The translations under genes were made by a program, and so were the position numbers. Positions 17,977-26,219 of a stretch of DNA of 64,000 nucleotides are shown one piece after another; the stretch's first letter is position 1; each line of letters starts with the position of its first letter. Below the pieces are notes generated by a model that was given only the letters and a program-made list of their open reading frames with translations, was not told the DNA's origin and did not search any database. The stretch is from an uncultured Gammaproteobacteria bacterium. GTDB lineage: Bacteria > Patescibacteriota > Microgenomatia > UBA1406 > GWC2-37-13. The stretch is taken from positions 24,060 to 88,059 of the forward strand of contig CAYMOO010000001.1 of the NCBI GenBank assembly GCA_964392185.1, in the 5' to 3' direction.

Positions 17977-19265
17977 GAATGTTTGTCGCAATAAGATACC
18001 CATTTGATAATACTAAGTCCTCCCGGACGCTTGAAAACGGGCGCCGGATTGCATAGCACCCTATCTCCGTCACAATAAGGTAAACACATAGTAGCATGCT
18101 TTTGATCGAACCAATTCATAGGGTAAGGATGATCGTCTCCTCGGAAAGAAGCAGGGCAATAACCATAAATACTTGTACATTTATCACAGTTGGTATTACC
18201 CCATCCATTGTAGCCAGCCATTCCGGCTGCGAGTTGGGGTATACTTTCTATCGATCCTTGGAGTTTGTTTTCAACAAGTATTCTTGCCCCGTCACATGCT
18301 GCGTCGATGAACGATTTATAACCACATCCTCCGGCAACCGGCACGGTTCGGCATGGACCCGTGTCTTGCGGACTACAGGTCCCGGCACGATCCGGTTCGG
18401 CAGCACCTATTTTTCTTCCACTTATTATCGATTGATTAGGGTTGCACGAGCCACCTGTTTCCACATTATGGAAACCGCTCAAAATTTGCCAAGGTACGGG
18501 CGCGGCGTTTTTATCGGTTCTATACTGTTGATACATAGCAACGGCTTGTTGATACAAAGATTTATTGGCCAGACAGCGAGTTGCGTGAGAAACGTATTGA
18601 CTGGGCGGTGCATCCGTCGGATTTAACAAAGCATCCAGTCCTTGAGGAATTTGACTATCAGGCAGGGTGGGTACCGGGGTGCCCGAGCTTACCGCTGTTG
18701 TGGGCGTGCCAGCTCCGCCGGAAACATTGGGGTTTTGATATCCGGAACACAATTTGGTCAGTGTATTTCGCAAACCCAGATCGCTACCATAAGTTTCTAT
18801 AAGTTTTTTAATAAGTGCTTCAACGTCATAATTGGCACATTTATTCAGATCAACTGTTTGGGAAGAGGTTGGTTGGACGCCTGGAGTAGTTGTGGGTGCT
18901 GTGCGAGTGGGTGTTAAAGAATTGGAAGGACATAAAGCTCTATATTCGTAATATCCACGCACCCAATCAGCGTCCGCGTAACTTCCGTCACCATTCGGGT
19001 CACAATAACCACCGGGGAATGTTACGGGACAACCGTCTGTCTTCGGTGGAAAAAAACACATATTATCTGTCCAGTTTTGACCATGAGCGGTTTCAGGAGG
19101 CGGGTTACAACCACAACCAGTAGCGGCCGGTGTGGAGGCAGGGGATGTTTCCTGTGCCAGCGCTACAGGAATAGTATTTTTATTTGGATTAAATTGATGA
19201 GATATGAATATTGCTCCAAAAACAACAATCAATACAAATACAAAAAAACTTTTTGGGTGTCTCAT
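17970..19265 (-). CDS. Secreted cysteine-rich protein with T/P-rich linkers; C-terminal domain possibly lysozyme/lytic-transglycosylase-like
   Basis: 431-aa ORF with a signal/anchor segment (FFVFVLIVVFGAIFI) and more than 25 Cys. It has TPTRTAPTTTPGVQPTSS and GTPTTAVSSGTPVPT linkers. The C-terminal FHNVETGGS ... AAGMAGYNGWG loosely resembles the E-S/T ... AYN.G pattern of the SLT fold (weak). Confidence 0.5.
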   Translation of the reverse strand: MRHPKSFFVFVLIVVFGAIFISHQFNPNKNTIPVALAQETSPASTPAATGCGCNPPPETAHGQNWTDNMCFFPPKTDGCPVTFPGGYCDPNGDGSYADADWVRGYYEYRALCPSNSLTPTRTAPTTTPGVQPTSSQTVDLNKCANYDVEALIKKLIETYGSDLGLRNTLTKLCSGYQNPNVSGGAGTPTTAVSSGTPVPTLPDSQIPQGLDALLNPTDAPPSQYVSHATRCLANKSLYQQAVAMYQQYRTDKNAAPVPWQILSGFHNVETGGSCNPNQSIISGRKIGAAEPDRAGTCSPQDTGPCRTVPVAGGCGYKSFIDAACDGARILVENKLQGSIESIPQLAAGMAGYNGWGNTNCDKCTSIYGYCPASFRGDDHPYPMNWFDQKHATMCLPYCDGDRVLCNPAPVFKRPGGLSIIKWVSYCDKHSC

Positions 19266-19310
19266 AAACCTTTAACTATAGTAACACTCCTAAATAACAC
19301 TTGCAAGATG

Positions 19311-20066
19311 TCATATTTCAAACTCAACCATATAACCATAGTGGTCCGATAAATCGAGCTCATCAACCAATCTTATGTGCTTGATCTTTACGTTGGTACT
19401 CGCATATACATAATCAACTGGTAGCCCTTTGGGAAATAAATGTTTCGCTTTATGAATGTTTGGATTAAGAGTGTTGGGATAATCCAAGCTTTCAGATAAA
19501 TTTTTGCCTAGGCTATTTAAAGATTTAACCAGATTAGAGTCGGGAGTTATATTAAAATCACCAGTCAACAACCATGGGGACGGCGTTTTCTGTATGTACT
19601 GAATTAATTTTTGATGCTGCACTATTTTGTAGGGCTCATCGTGTGGTGTGATACCCCAAACCATATGGACATTTACGAAATGTACCGAGGTTCCGGCCAC
19701 TTTTATAGAAACATCTATACCATTTCGCGGATATGACTCAAATTGACCAACCGGCTTCTCTTTATAAGAGATCATCTGATTCATAAAAAAAATCTCTACC
19801 GATTCTGCAGTATATTCTTTTTTATATAAAGTAGCGTTACCCAAGTATGATTTAGCATCTCCCTCTATGATCGCCGCCGGGGCGAAACTAATCCGATAAT
19901 CCTTTTCCGCTTTTAAGACCGAATATACATCTGGATGATGTCCCCAAACACCGCCGGTAACTTCTTGAAAATGCACAACATCCGGCTTCTCCTTGTGAAC
20001 AAAATCCAGTATTTTATCCAAATTAAACCCACCGTAAATATTTAGCTGAAAAAGTTTCATATTCAA
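19311..20066 (-). CDS. Endonuclease/exonuclease/phosphatase (EEP) family protein
   Basis: 251-aa ORF. It has the N-terminal VVHFQEV, GDFNITPDS, and the C-terminal LSDHYGYMVEFEI catalytic His motif. Confidence 0.75.
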   Translation of the reverse strand: MNMKLFQLNIYGGFNLDKILDFVHKEKPDVVHFQEVTGGVWGHHPDVYSVLKAEKDYRISFAPAAIIEGDAKSYLGNATLYKKEYTAESVEIFFMNQMISYKEKPVGQFESYPRNGIDVSIKVAGTSVHFVNVHMVWGITPHDEPYKIVQHQKLIQYIQKTPSPWLLTGDFNITPDSNLVKSLNSLGKNLSESLDYPNTLNPNIHKAKHLFPKGLPVDYVYASTNVKIKHIRLVDELDLSDHYGYMVEFEI

Positions 20067-20110
20067 AATTATATCCTAATATAAGCTAATTCTGGTAAAA
20101 TAAGTCAATA

Positions 20111-20184
20111 CGGGACGTAGTTCAGATGGCTAGAATGCACGCTTTGGGAGCGTGAGGTCGGCGGTTCAAGTCCGCCCGTCCCGA
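20111..20184 (+). tRNA. tRNA-Pro (anticodon TGG)
   Basis: Sequence CGGGACGTAGTTCAGATGGCTAGAATGCACGCTTTGGGAGCGTGAGGTCGGCGGTTCAAGTCCGCCCGTCCCGA. Acceptor stem is CGGGACG/CGTCCCG, anticodon stem CACGC/GCGTG with loop TTTGGGA, and T loop TTCAAGT. No CCA is encoded. Confidence 0.9.
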
Positions 20185-20335
20185 CAAATTTTTTCTCTGT
20201 TGTTAATTCTCCAAAATTCTTTCTCGCGGTTGTATTAATTCCCAACATCTATTTATTTAATTTTTTACAAGATTATTTCGGGGATTTTATCTAGTCGAAT
20301 ATACAATATATACTAAGTAGGATCGATCGGATATA

Positions 20336-20404
20336 AACAAACAATTGGAGAGAAGAAACAGGCGGGATCTCGGGCGTCTTGAGGAAGCTCCTCAATTGTT
20401 TGTT
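20336..20404. repeat. 12-bp perfect inverted repeat (AACAAACAATTG / CAATTGTTTGTT) enclosing a 45-nt loop, just 3' of the GC-rich ORF
   Basis: Nt 20336-20347 are the exact reverse complement of 20393-20404. On the minus strand the structure starts 8 nt after the stop codon at 20413. No U-tract follows, so it is not a canonical terminator. Confidence 0.6.
20342..20360. repeat. Left copy of an imperfect ~19-21-bp inverted repeat bracketing the GC-rich cassette
   Basis: CAATTGGAGAGAAGAAACA at 20342-20360 matches the reverse complement of 21715-21735 (CAATTGGAGAGAGAAACAATT), with 18 matching positions and one 1-nt indel. Confidence 0.5.
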
Positions 20405-20412
20405 AACTCATA

Positions 20413-21570
20413 TTATTGAGTTAAACTTTGTGGCTGCAACACATGCATGGCCGGGAAAAGGTGCCCCCCACGAAGGAGAACACCACCCTCGCTGGTCACT
20501 GCATATGTCTCAATGTGGAAACTTCCGGCTAAACTCCAGTGCATTTCCGTCCGAACTAAGATCATACTGTTTGGAGGAATGAGCACATTCTTACAGCTCA
20601 AAACAGCACCACTGACGGTACAAAAATTTTGCGCTGTAGCATTTGTGCCGGCAGGCAGATTCGCGGTGACATCTACTTTAACCTCGGTGTCTGCCATATT
20701 AATCAGCTTCACAGTATGATAACTGTTGAACTGACTTACCGTAGTGTTAACATCGGGAGCATAGACTAACCACGATAACGATTCGGGATCCGACGGATCT
20801 GCTGCAGCTTCAACACCATTGGTTACTGTCACTCTTCGAATCATCCAACCTGGCCTTGTGGAATGAATACCCTCGAGGACAAGGATTTTCACTTCATACG
20901 TGCCTGTTTGATTCCAAGTTACTGGAATAAGCAGATTTCTGACTTGGTTTGCGCCCACCTCAACGCCAAAACACACGATTCTGTCGGGGTGATCATAATC
21001 GGGGTGACATCCGCTCGGCAACGCGCCAATTTGAAGTGAACCAAGAGGAAATTCGAAGATCACCTGAAACGATTGAGTTTTATTACCCGCGTTTACAATT
21101 TTGATCGGAAACGCCGCACTTAATACTGAGGTTTTTTGGTCTTCCGTGTATGAAACGAATGGGAAGCGTACTACTTCGGGTTCTTCTGCCCCGGCCCCAT
21201 CGAGGAATTCATCGGAATATGCAGGATCTTGGTATACAATCCTGATGGTTTGCAAGTAATCCGAATGAATTACGAGCCTAAACTCCTCAGTGCCGCAGAA
21301 AACCTGCAGCTCGGTTGTTTGATCCGAAAAACTGCAGTGTGAACTTTCCGTACGCAGCTCATCGACCACGATTCCCCATTCGCTCTGAATAAACACCTTC
21401 TTTGCTCGAAGCGTAAGATGTGTTTGCCCAGCGGCAAGCGGGATCGACACGATCCGCGCCATCAGCGGAAGATAAACATTGGAACTTGAGTCGGTTGTGT
21501 CCTGTGCCTGCGCTGATGAAGCGATAAGACACATGATTGTAACTAAAACTACCAAAATTCTTGTTTTCAT
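20413..21570 (-). CDS. Secreted hypothetical protein in a compositionally atypical (more GC-rich) segment
   Basis: 385-aa ORF with a signal peptide MKTRILVVLVTIMCLIASSAQA, followed by NVYLPLMAR. No family is recognised. By eye it is more G+C-rich than the flanking genes, and long AT-rich non-coding flanks lie on both sides. Confidence 0.55.
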   Translation of the reverse strand: MKTRILVVLVTIMCLIASSAQAQDTTDSSSNVYLPLMARIVSIPLAAGQTHLTLRAKKVFIQSEWGIVVDELRTESSHCSFSDQTTELQVFCGTEEFRLVIHSDYLQTIRIVYQDPAYSDEFLDGAGAEEPEVVRFPFVSYTEDQKTSVLSAAFPIKIVNAGNKTQSFQVIFEFPLGSLQIGALPSGCHPDYDHPDRIVCFGVEVGANQVRNLLIPVTWNQTGTYEVKILVLEGIHSTRPGWMIRRVTVTNGVEAAADPSDPESLSWLVYAPDVNTTVSQFNSYHTVKLINMADTEVKVDVTANLPAGTNATAQNFCTVSGAVLSCKNVLIPPNSMILVRTEMHWSLAGSFHIETYAVTSEGGVLLRGGHLFPAMHVLQPQSLTQ

Positions 21571-21714
21571 AGTCTCCTTGTATTGTTGGAAAAGGGAATA
21601 TACGGTGTGACTGCAACTTGCCTCTTCCCCGCAAGTAAGCGCGCGTCACAGGACGAACACAAATACGCACTCATCACTCTTTAACTCATATTCGACCTGT
21701 GACGCCGCTTAAAA

Positions 21715-21735
21715 AATTGTTTCTCTCTCCAATTG
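21715..21735. repeat. Right copy of the imperfect inverted repeat bracketing the GC-rich cassette
   Basis: AATTGTTTCTCTCTCCAATTG. Its reverse complement matches 20342-20360 (see the left copy). Confidence 0.5.
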
Positions 21736-22012
21736 TAAAAGTACATTCTCATTTAATCGCTTATTCACGAGCTAATCGAAAACAGCGATTTATGAGGTAT
21801 TAGTAATTTATTATACTCTAATAAAAATATTTTTGCACATTTAATATGTATAAAATATAGGTAAAAACTCTTTAGAATTACGGCTTTTTCCGTGAATAAG
21901 TCATCGACCGATGTAAAGATTTAAAACCAATTTTTTACTTGGTTTTTCATTTATTGATATTTATACAGGTCAAATGACGGCGCCTCTACTAATATGTATA
22001 ATATTGCAAGAT

Positions 22013-22900
22013 ATGAAAGCAAACCCCATGCGTCTTTTAACAACAACCGGATGGACCGATTACCAACTGCTGGATTCTGGCGAAGGAAGCAGATTGGAAA
22101 AATTTGGTAAATTCAAAATAATGAGACCGGATCCGCAAGCTATCTGGAAAAGAAGATTGGGTCCGTCGGTATGGGCTAATTGCGACGCTTCGTATATAAG
22201 TGGGGGAAAATCTGGTAAATGGATCTATAAAAAGGGAATGCCGCAGGAATGGCCGATAAAATATGAAGATATCTCCCTCTTTTGTCGCCTTACCCCATTC
22301 AAGCACACAGGTATTTTTCCGGAACAACAATCACACTGGGATTGGATAAAAAAAACCATCTCCAAATGCGGATTCCAACCCAACATCCTCAACCTTTTTG
22401 GCTACACCGGAGCTGCTACTTTGGTTGCTGCCTCGGCAGGAGCTAAGGTCACTCACGTCGACGCGTCTTACCAAGCAATCGGGTGGGCACGTAAAAATCA
22501 GGAGAATTCCTCGTTGAAGGACAAACCAATCAGATGGATTCTTGATGATGTGGTCAAATTTATAAAAAGAGAGTTAAAACGGGGAACAAAATACGACGGA
22601 ATATTAATGGATCCTCCCACATATGGCCACGGCCCAAACGGCGAAGTCTGGAACTTCGATCGTATGTTTCCGGAACTAACTGATATTTGCGTCAAGTTAC
22701 TAACAAGTAAACCTCTCTTCGTTATCGTCAATGCTTATGCCGATGCCGCATCAAACATAATGCTGCAAAATGTGATGGCAGACTATATGACGAATCTCGC
22801 AGGAACAATCGAATCCGGTGAGCTCATAATCCAGGAATCCGGCAACGGCAGACTGTTTTCAACCGGTATATATGCGAGGTGGTCCGGGACAGCTCAATAA
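22013..22900 (+). CDS. Class I SAM-dependent methyltransferase (RlmI/RlmK-like)
   Basis: It has WTDYQLLDSGEGSRLEKFG at the N-terminus, the SAM motif LNLFGYTGAATLVAASAGAKVTHVDAS, and the catalytic ILMDPPTYGHG. The ORF begins at 21974, and I prefer the internal ATG at 22013 (MKANPM), though the start is uncertain. Confidence 0.7.
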   Translation: MKANPMRLLTTTGWTDYQLLDSGEGSRLEKFGKFKIMRPDPQAIWKRRLGPSVWANCDASYISGGKSGKWIYKKGMPQEWPIKYEDISLFCRLTPFKHTGIFPEQQSHWDWIKKTISKCGFQPNILNLFGYTGAATLVAASAGAKVTHVDASYQAIGWARKNQENSSLKDKPIRWILDDVVKFIKRELKRGTKYDGILMDPPTYGHGPNGEVWNFDRMFPELTDICVKLLTSKPLFVIVNAYADAASNIMLQNVMADYMTNLAGTIESGELIIQESGNGRLFSTGIYARWSGTAQ

Positions 22901-23241
22901 TCAACACCCGTGGCTGAACCAACCGTCGAATGAATGGTTGGATGAATCTCGAATTCATTATATTTTTTATTCGGCTCCAGCCAAAGGACATCAACTTCGG
23001 AGACGTGTGATATAGGTGATCCTTTTCTTATGGTTTCTATAAATTTTTTTACTTGTTCCGAATCTCCCGAAAGCACTGCCTCGACTCCACCCCCGGCTCC
23101 GAATATATCTGTTTTTTCATGGTTGTTTCTTACCCAACCGGTAATTCCGTGAATTTTCGCTTGAATTTTTGTCCAGGCACGAAAACCCACTCCTACAACA
23201 TCACCTTTTATATATATATGAGCCCTTACGTTTTCTGACAC
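22894..23241 (-). CDS. acyP: Acylphosphatase
   Basis: 115-aa ORF. VGFRAWTKIQAKIHGITGWVRN matches the acylphosphatase signature V.GVGFR...A...gl.GWVrN. It has a short C-terminal extension. Confidence 0.75.
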   Translation of the reverse strand: MSENVRAHIYIKGDVVGVGFRAWTKIQAKIHGITGWVRNNHEKTDIFGAGGGVEAVLSGDSEQVKKFIETIRKGSPISHVSEVDVLWLEPNKKYNEFEIHPTIHSTVGSATGVDY

Positions 23242-23256
23242 AAATATAGTATTAAT

Positions 23257-23736
23257 TTATAAACCAATGGGTTGAGTTTCGTATTTAATATATCTGCCGA
23301 CAAGCGGGTCGATTACTTCCGCTTTATGCATATAAACATCCGCTGCCTTATCATCCCCTTGTTCACGATACAATTTACTCAAATAAAACAACACGTCACG
23401 ATGTTCGGGATACTTTACCGCGACCAATTCAAGTTTACGTATCTGTTCTCCACGAAAACGCACATCAGAATAGACATAGTTGCCCAGATCGCCACCACTA
23501 ATATTATTGAGTCGATTGAAAAAATTATCATAATTCCTAGTTGAACGCATGCCTTGCAAAAAAAATATAGCTGCGTCTCGATCGCCTCTCATAAGAGGTA
23601 TATAAACATCTGGTACGTATTGGGAAGCGGCTATATTACCTATTAAGATTAAGAATATAATTATGGTTAATATCCTTGGAAACCAGCGATGAATTTTCTC
23701 GGAATAATACCCACTCATACCGATAGTATACTGCAT
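23257..23736 (-). CDS. Hypothetical membrane-anchored protein with TPR-like C-terminal helices
   Basis: It has a TM helix (ILTIIIFLILIGNIAA) and a TPR-like stretch LFYLSKLYREQGDDKAADVYMHKAEVIDP. I prefer the ATG at 23736 (MQYTIG), which avoids overlap with the divergent Hpt gene. Confidence 0.4.
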   Translation of the reverse strand: MQYTIGMSGYYSEKIHRWFPRILTIIIFLILIGNIAASQYVPDVYIPLMRGDRDAAIFFLQGMRSTRNYDNFFNRLNNISGGDLGNYVYSDVRFRGEQIRKLELVAVKYPEHRDVLFYLSKLYREQGDDKAADVYMHKAEVIDPLVGRYIKYETQPIGL

Positions 23737-23759
23737 GCGGAGTATGGTATCATGATTGC

Positions 23760-24146
23760 ATGATGGTTGATCTAAAAGAGTATAAATCACTCTACATAAA
23801 AACCGCGCGCGAATACGTCCAAAAAATAAAAAAAAACTTTTCCTTATTGAAAGAAAATCCGTCTGATCTTACCGCTATTGGAGAGGTCTACATAGCTGCA
23901 CACTCGCTTAAAAGCCAAAGTCAGATAATGAATTTTACTGAAATTGCCAATCTCTGTTCGCAAATTGAATCCAGTTTCAAACAAATAAAAGAGTCTAAAA
24001 ATCCGATAAAAGCCGATATAGCAACAATTTTTGACGAAGTAAGCGCGTTATTAGATGATGAAATGTCAGCTATAGAAAATGGGCGTCCGGAATTATCAAG
24101 TGCAGCTCTATGTGAGCGATTTGGATCTATATTAAAGTCTTTATAA
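23760..24146 (+). CDS. Hpt (histidine phosphotransfer) domain protein
   Basis: 128-aa helical ORF with AAHSLKSQSQ matching the HPt phospho-His motif HxLK(G/S). It lies directly upstream of a receiver-domain gene. Confidence 0.6.
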   Translation: MMVDLKEYKSLYIKTAREYVQKIKKNFSLLKENPSDLTAIGEVYIAAHSLKSQSQIMNFTEIANLCSQIESSFKQIKESKNPIKADIATIFDEVSALLDDEMSAIENGRPELSSAALCERFGSILKSL

Positions 24147-24147
24147 A

Positions 24148-24516
24148 ATGAAAATATTACTAATCGAAGATGATACTTTTTTCCGGGAATTTTATGCCTC
24201 AAAATTGAAGGATGAAGGATATGAGGTGGAGACTGCCGTAGATGGTGTTGTCGGAATAGAAAAACTCGACAAAATAAAACCAGACCTCGTTCTCCTGGAT
24301 ATTATCATGCCAAACAAAGATGGTTTTGACGTACTCGAACACAAAGCCAAGAGTCCTTCTATAAAAAATATACCGGTAATTGTATTTTCCACCTTAAGCC
24401 AGGAATCGGACGTAAAACGCGCTAAGGAGTTGGGCGCACTCGACTACATTAATAAAAGTTTTTTTGACTTCGAGAATCTGAAAGCCAGAATAAAAGCGAT
24501 TATTAAACAAAAATAG
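24148..24516 (+). CDS. Single-domain response regulator (REC only)
   Basis: 122-aa ORF with MKILLIEDD, the phospho-acceptor context LVLLDIIMP, and VIVFSTL ... K at the C-terminus. Confidence 0.85.
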   Translation: MKILLIEDDTFFREFYASKLKDEGYEVETAVDGVVGIEKLDKIKPDLVLLDIIMPNKDGFDVLEHKAKSPSIKNIPVIVFSTLSQESDVKRAKELGALDYINKSFFDFENLKARIKAIIKQK

Positions 24517-24519
24517 TCT

Positions 24520-26217
24520 ATGCAGACGCCGGCTAATATTACCGATGAGGAAATAAAAAAACTCATCCTAAAAAATAATCTGGTATCGGAAAAACAACTG
24601 AATTCTATTCACGAATATGCGCGGAATGCCGAAATCTCTTTTACTCAGGCGCTACTGGAAAAAAGCGTCATCTCCGACGAAAATTTAGGATTGTTGATAT
24701 CCGATCATCTCAAGATTCCCTTCACCATACTATCCAAACTCTCGATCCCAACAGATGTTTTCCATATTGTTCCAGAACGAATCGCACGCAAACAAAAAGT
24801 AATCGCATACGCCAGAGATAAAAACTATGTAAAACTCGCGATGATGGATCCGCAAAACACCGCCGTCCGAGAAATGATCGAAAAGAAAACGGGTCTCAAA
24901 ACGCAGGTCAGCCTTTCTACCGAACAGGATATAATTAACGCCCTCTATATATATCGCAAAAACCTGCAGAAAACTTTCGACGAGATACTGCGCGAAGTTA
25001 TGAGTAAAAAAGTCGGTGAAGAAATGGGAGATGCACCCATATCACGCATGGTTGATCAACTGATCGAATACGCTTACCAAGATAAAGCCTCCGACATACA
25101 CATAGAGCCGCAGGAAAAAAACTCCCTAATCCGCTTCCGTATAGATGGCGTTTTGCATGATGTTGTGTTATTACCAAAAAGTCTCCATGAAAGAATCGTT
25201 TCGCGCATAAAAGTTCTTTCAAGATTACGAACAGATGAGCATCTTGCGGCACAGGATGGAAAAATGAGGATGATTTTTGATGAAGGATATGTAGATATTC
25301 GCGTGTCCATACTTCCTATAGTCGAAGGGGAAAAAATCGTCATGCGTCTCTTGTCTTCGAGTGCACAACAACTCTCATTGGTGACCCTCGGAATGAGCGA
25401 TGAAGATCTTAAAAAAGTCACCAATGCTTTTACCAAATCTTTCGGCATGATCCTGTCTACCGGACCAACTGGCTCCGGAAAATCGACCTCTATATATGCA
25501 ATTTTGAAAATCCTCAACGTAAGGGAAAAAAATATCACAACGATAGAAGATCCTGTAGAATACCGCTTAAAAGGTATAAACCAGATTCAGGTCAATCCTA
25601 AAACAAACTTAACTTTTGCCAATGGTTTACGATCTATTCTACGCCAGGACCCAAATGTCGTATTCGTCGGAGAAATGCGCGATGGAGAAACCGCAGGCAT
25701 CGGAGTAAATGCCGCCCTTACAGGTCATCTTGTATTATCAACACTCCACACAAATGACGCAGCAACTACACTTCCAAGACTTATAGATATGAATATAGAA
25801 CCATTTCTGGTCGCCTCAACGGTAAATATTATTATTGGTCAAAGATTGGTACGTAAGATCTGTGATATGTGTAAAACTTCATACAATCTTTCCGGCGCCG
25901 ATCTTGGCAAAAATATAGGAGCGGCTATAATCAAAAAAAATTTCGGCGATAAAAAAGAATTTCGTTTTTATAAAGGATCTGGTTGTCACCTCTGTCACAA
26001 CACTGGGTATGCCGGACGTATCGGATTGTTTGAAGTCTTGGAGGTCACAAAAGCGGTTCGTGAACTCATTATACAAAAAGCTGATTCCGACAAAATCGTT
26101 GCGCGAGCCATCGAAGACGGGATGAAAACAATGCTTGACGATGGACTAATAAAAGTCGGCAAAGGGCTAACGACCATTGAGGAAGTGATGCGTGTTACCA
26201 AAGTCGAAAGCTTATAA
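24520..26217 (+). CDS. pilB: Type IV pilus assembly ATPase (PilB/GspE family)
   Basis: 565-aa ORF. It has Walker A TGPTGSGKST, Asp box ITTIEDPVEY, Walker B VVFVGEMRD, His box LTGHLVLSTLHTND, and a tetracysteine motif CDMC...GSGCHLC. Confidence 0.9.
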   Translation: MQTPANITDEEIKKLILKNNLVSEKQLNSIHEYARNAEISFTQALLEKSVISDENLGLLISDHLKIPFTILSKLSIPTDVFHIVPERIARKQKVIAYARDKNYVKLAMMDPQNTAVREMIEKKTGLKTQVSLSTEQDIINALYIYRKNLQKTFDEILREVMSKKVGEEMGDAPISRMVDQLIEYAYQDKASDIHIEPQEKNSLIRFRIDGVLHDVVLLPKSLHERIVSRIKVLSRLRTDEHLAAQDGKMRMIFDEGYVDIRVSILPIVEGEKIVMRLLSSSAQQLSLVTLGMSDEDLKKVTNAFTKSFGMILSTGPTGSGKSTSIYAILKILNVREKNITTIEDPVEYRLKGINQIQVNPKTNLTFANGLRSILRQDPNVVFVGEMRDGETAGIGVNAALTGHLVLSTLHTNDAATTLPRLIDMNIEPFLVASTVNIIIGQRLVRKICDMCKTSYNLSGADLGKNIGAAIIKKNFGDKKEFRFYKGSGCHLCHNTGYAGRIGLFEVLEVTKAVRELIIQKADSDKIVARAIEDGMKTMLDDGLIKVGKGLTTIEEVMRVTKVESL

Positions 26218-26219
26218 AT

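Noticed and set aside
18096-18626. 176-aa ORF antisense to the Cys-rich secreted protein gene
   Set aside because: It is a shadow ORF in a relatively GC-rich stretch. The sense frame has a signal peptide, linkers and a coherent domain structure, and the antisense product is Arg/Ser/Thr-rich noise.
20379-20719. Small plus-strand ORFs (67 and 90 aa) at the 3' end of the GC-rich cassette
   Set aside because: They are antisense to the 385-aa signal-peptide-bearing ORF, and their Pro/Arg-rich products are typical of GC-rich shadow frames.
20185-21973. A direct repeat of the tRNA-Pro 3' end (att site) that would delimit a classical tRNA-integrated island
   Set aside because: I could not find any copy of the tRNA 3' segment (GGTTCAAGTCCGCCCGTCCCGA or sub-strings of 10 nt or more) downstream, and no integrase is present. 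The region is therefore reported only as an inverted-repeat-flanked compositional anomaly.
25074-25538. 154-aa ORF antisense to pilB
   Set aside because: It overlaps the Walker A/Asp-box region of an unambiguous PilB ATPase and has no independent signals.
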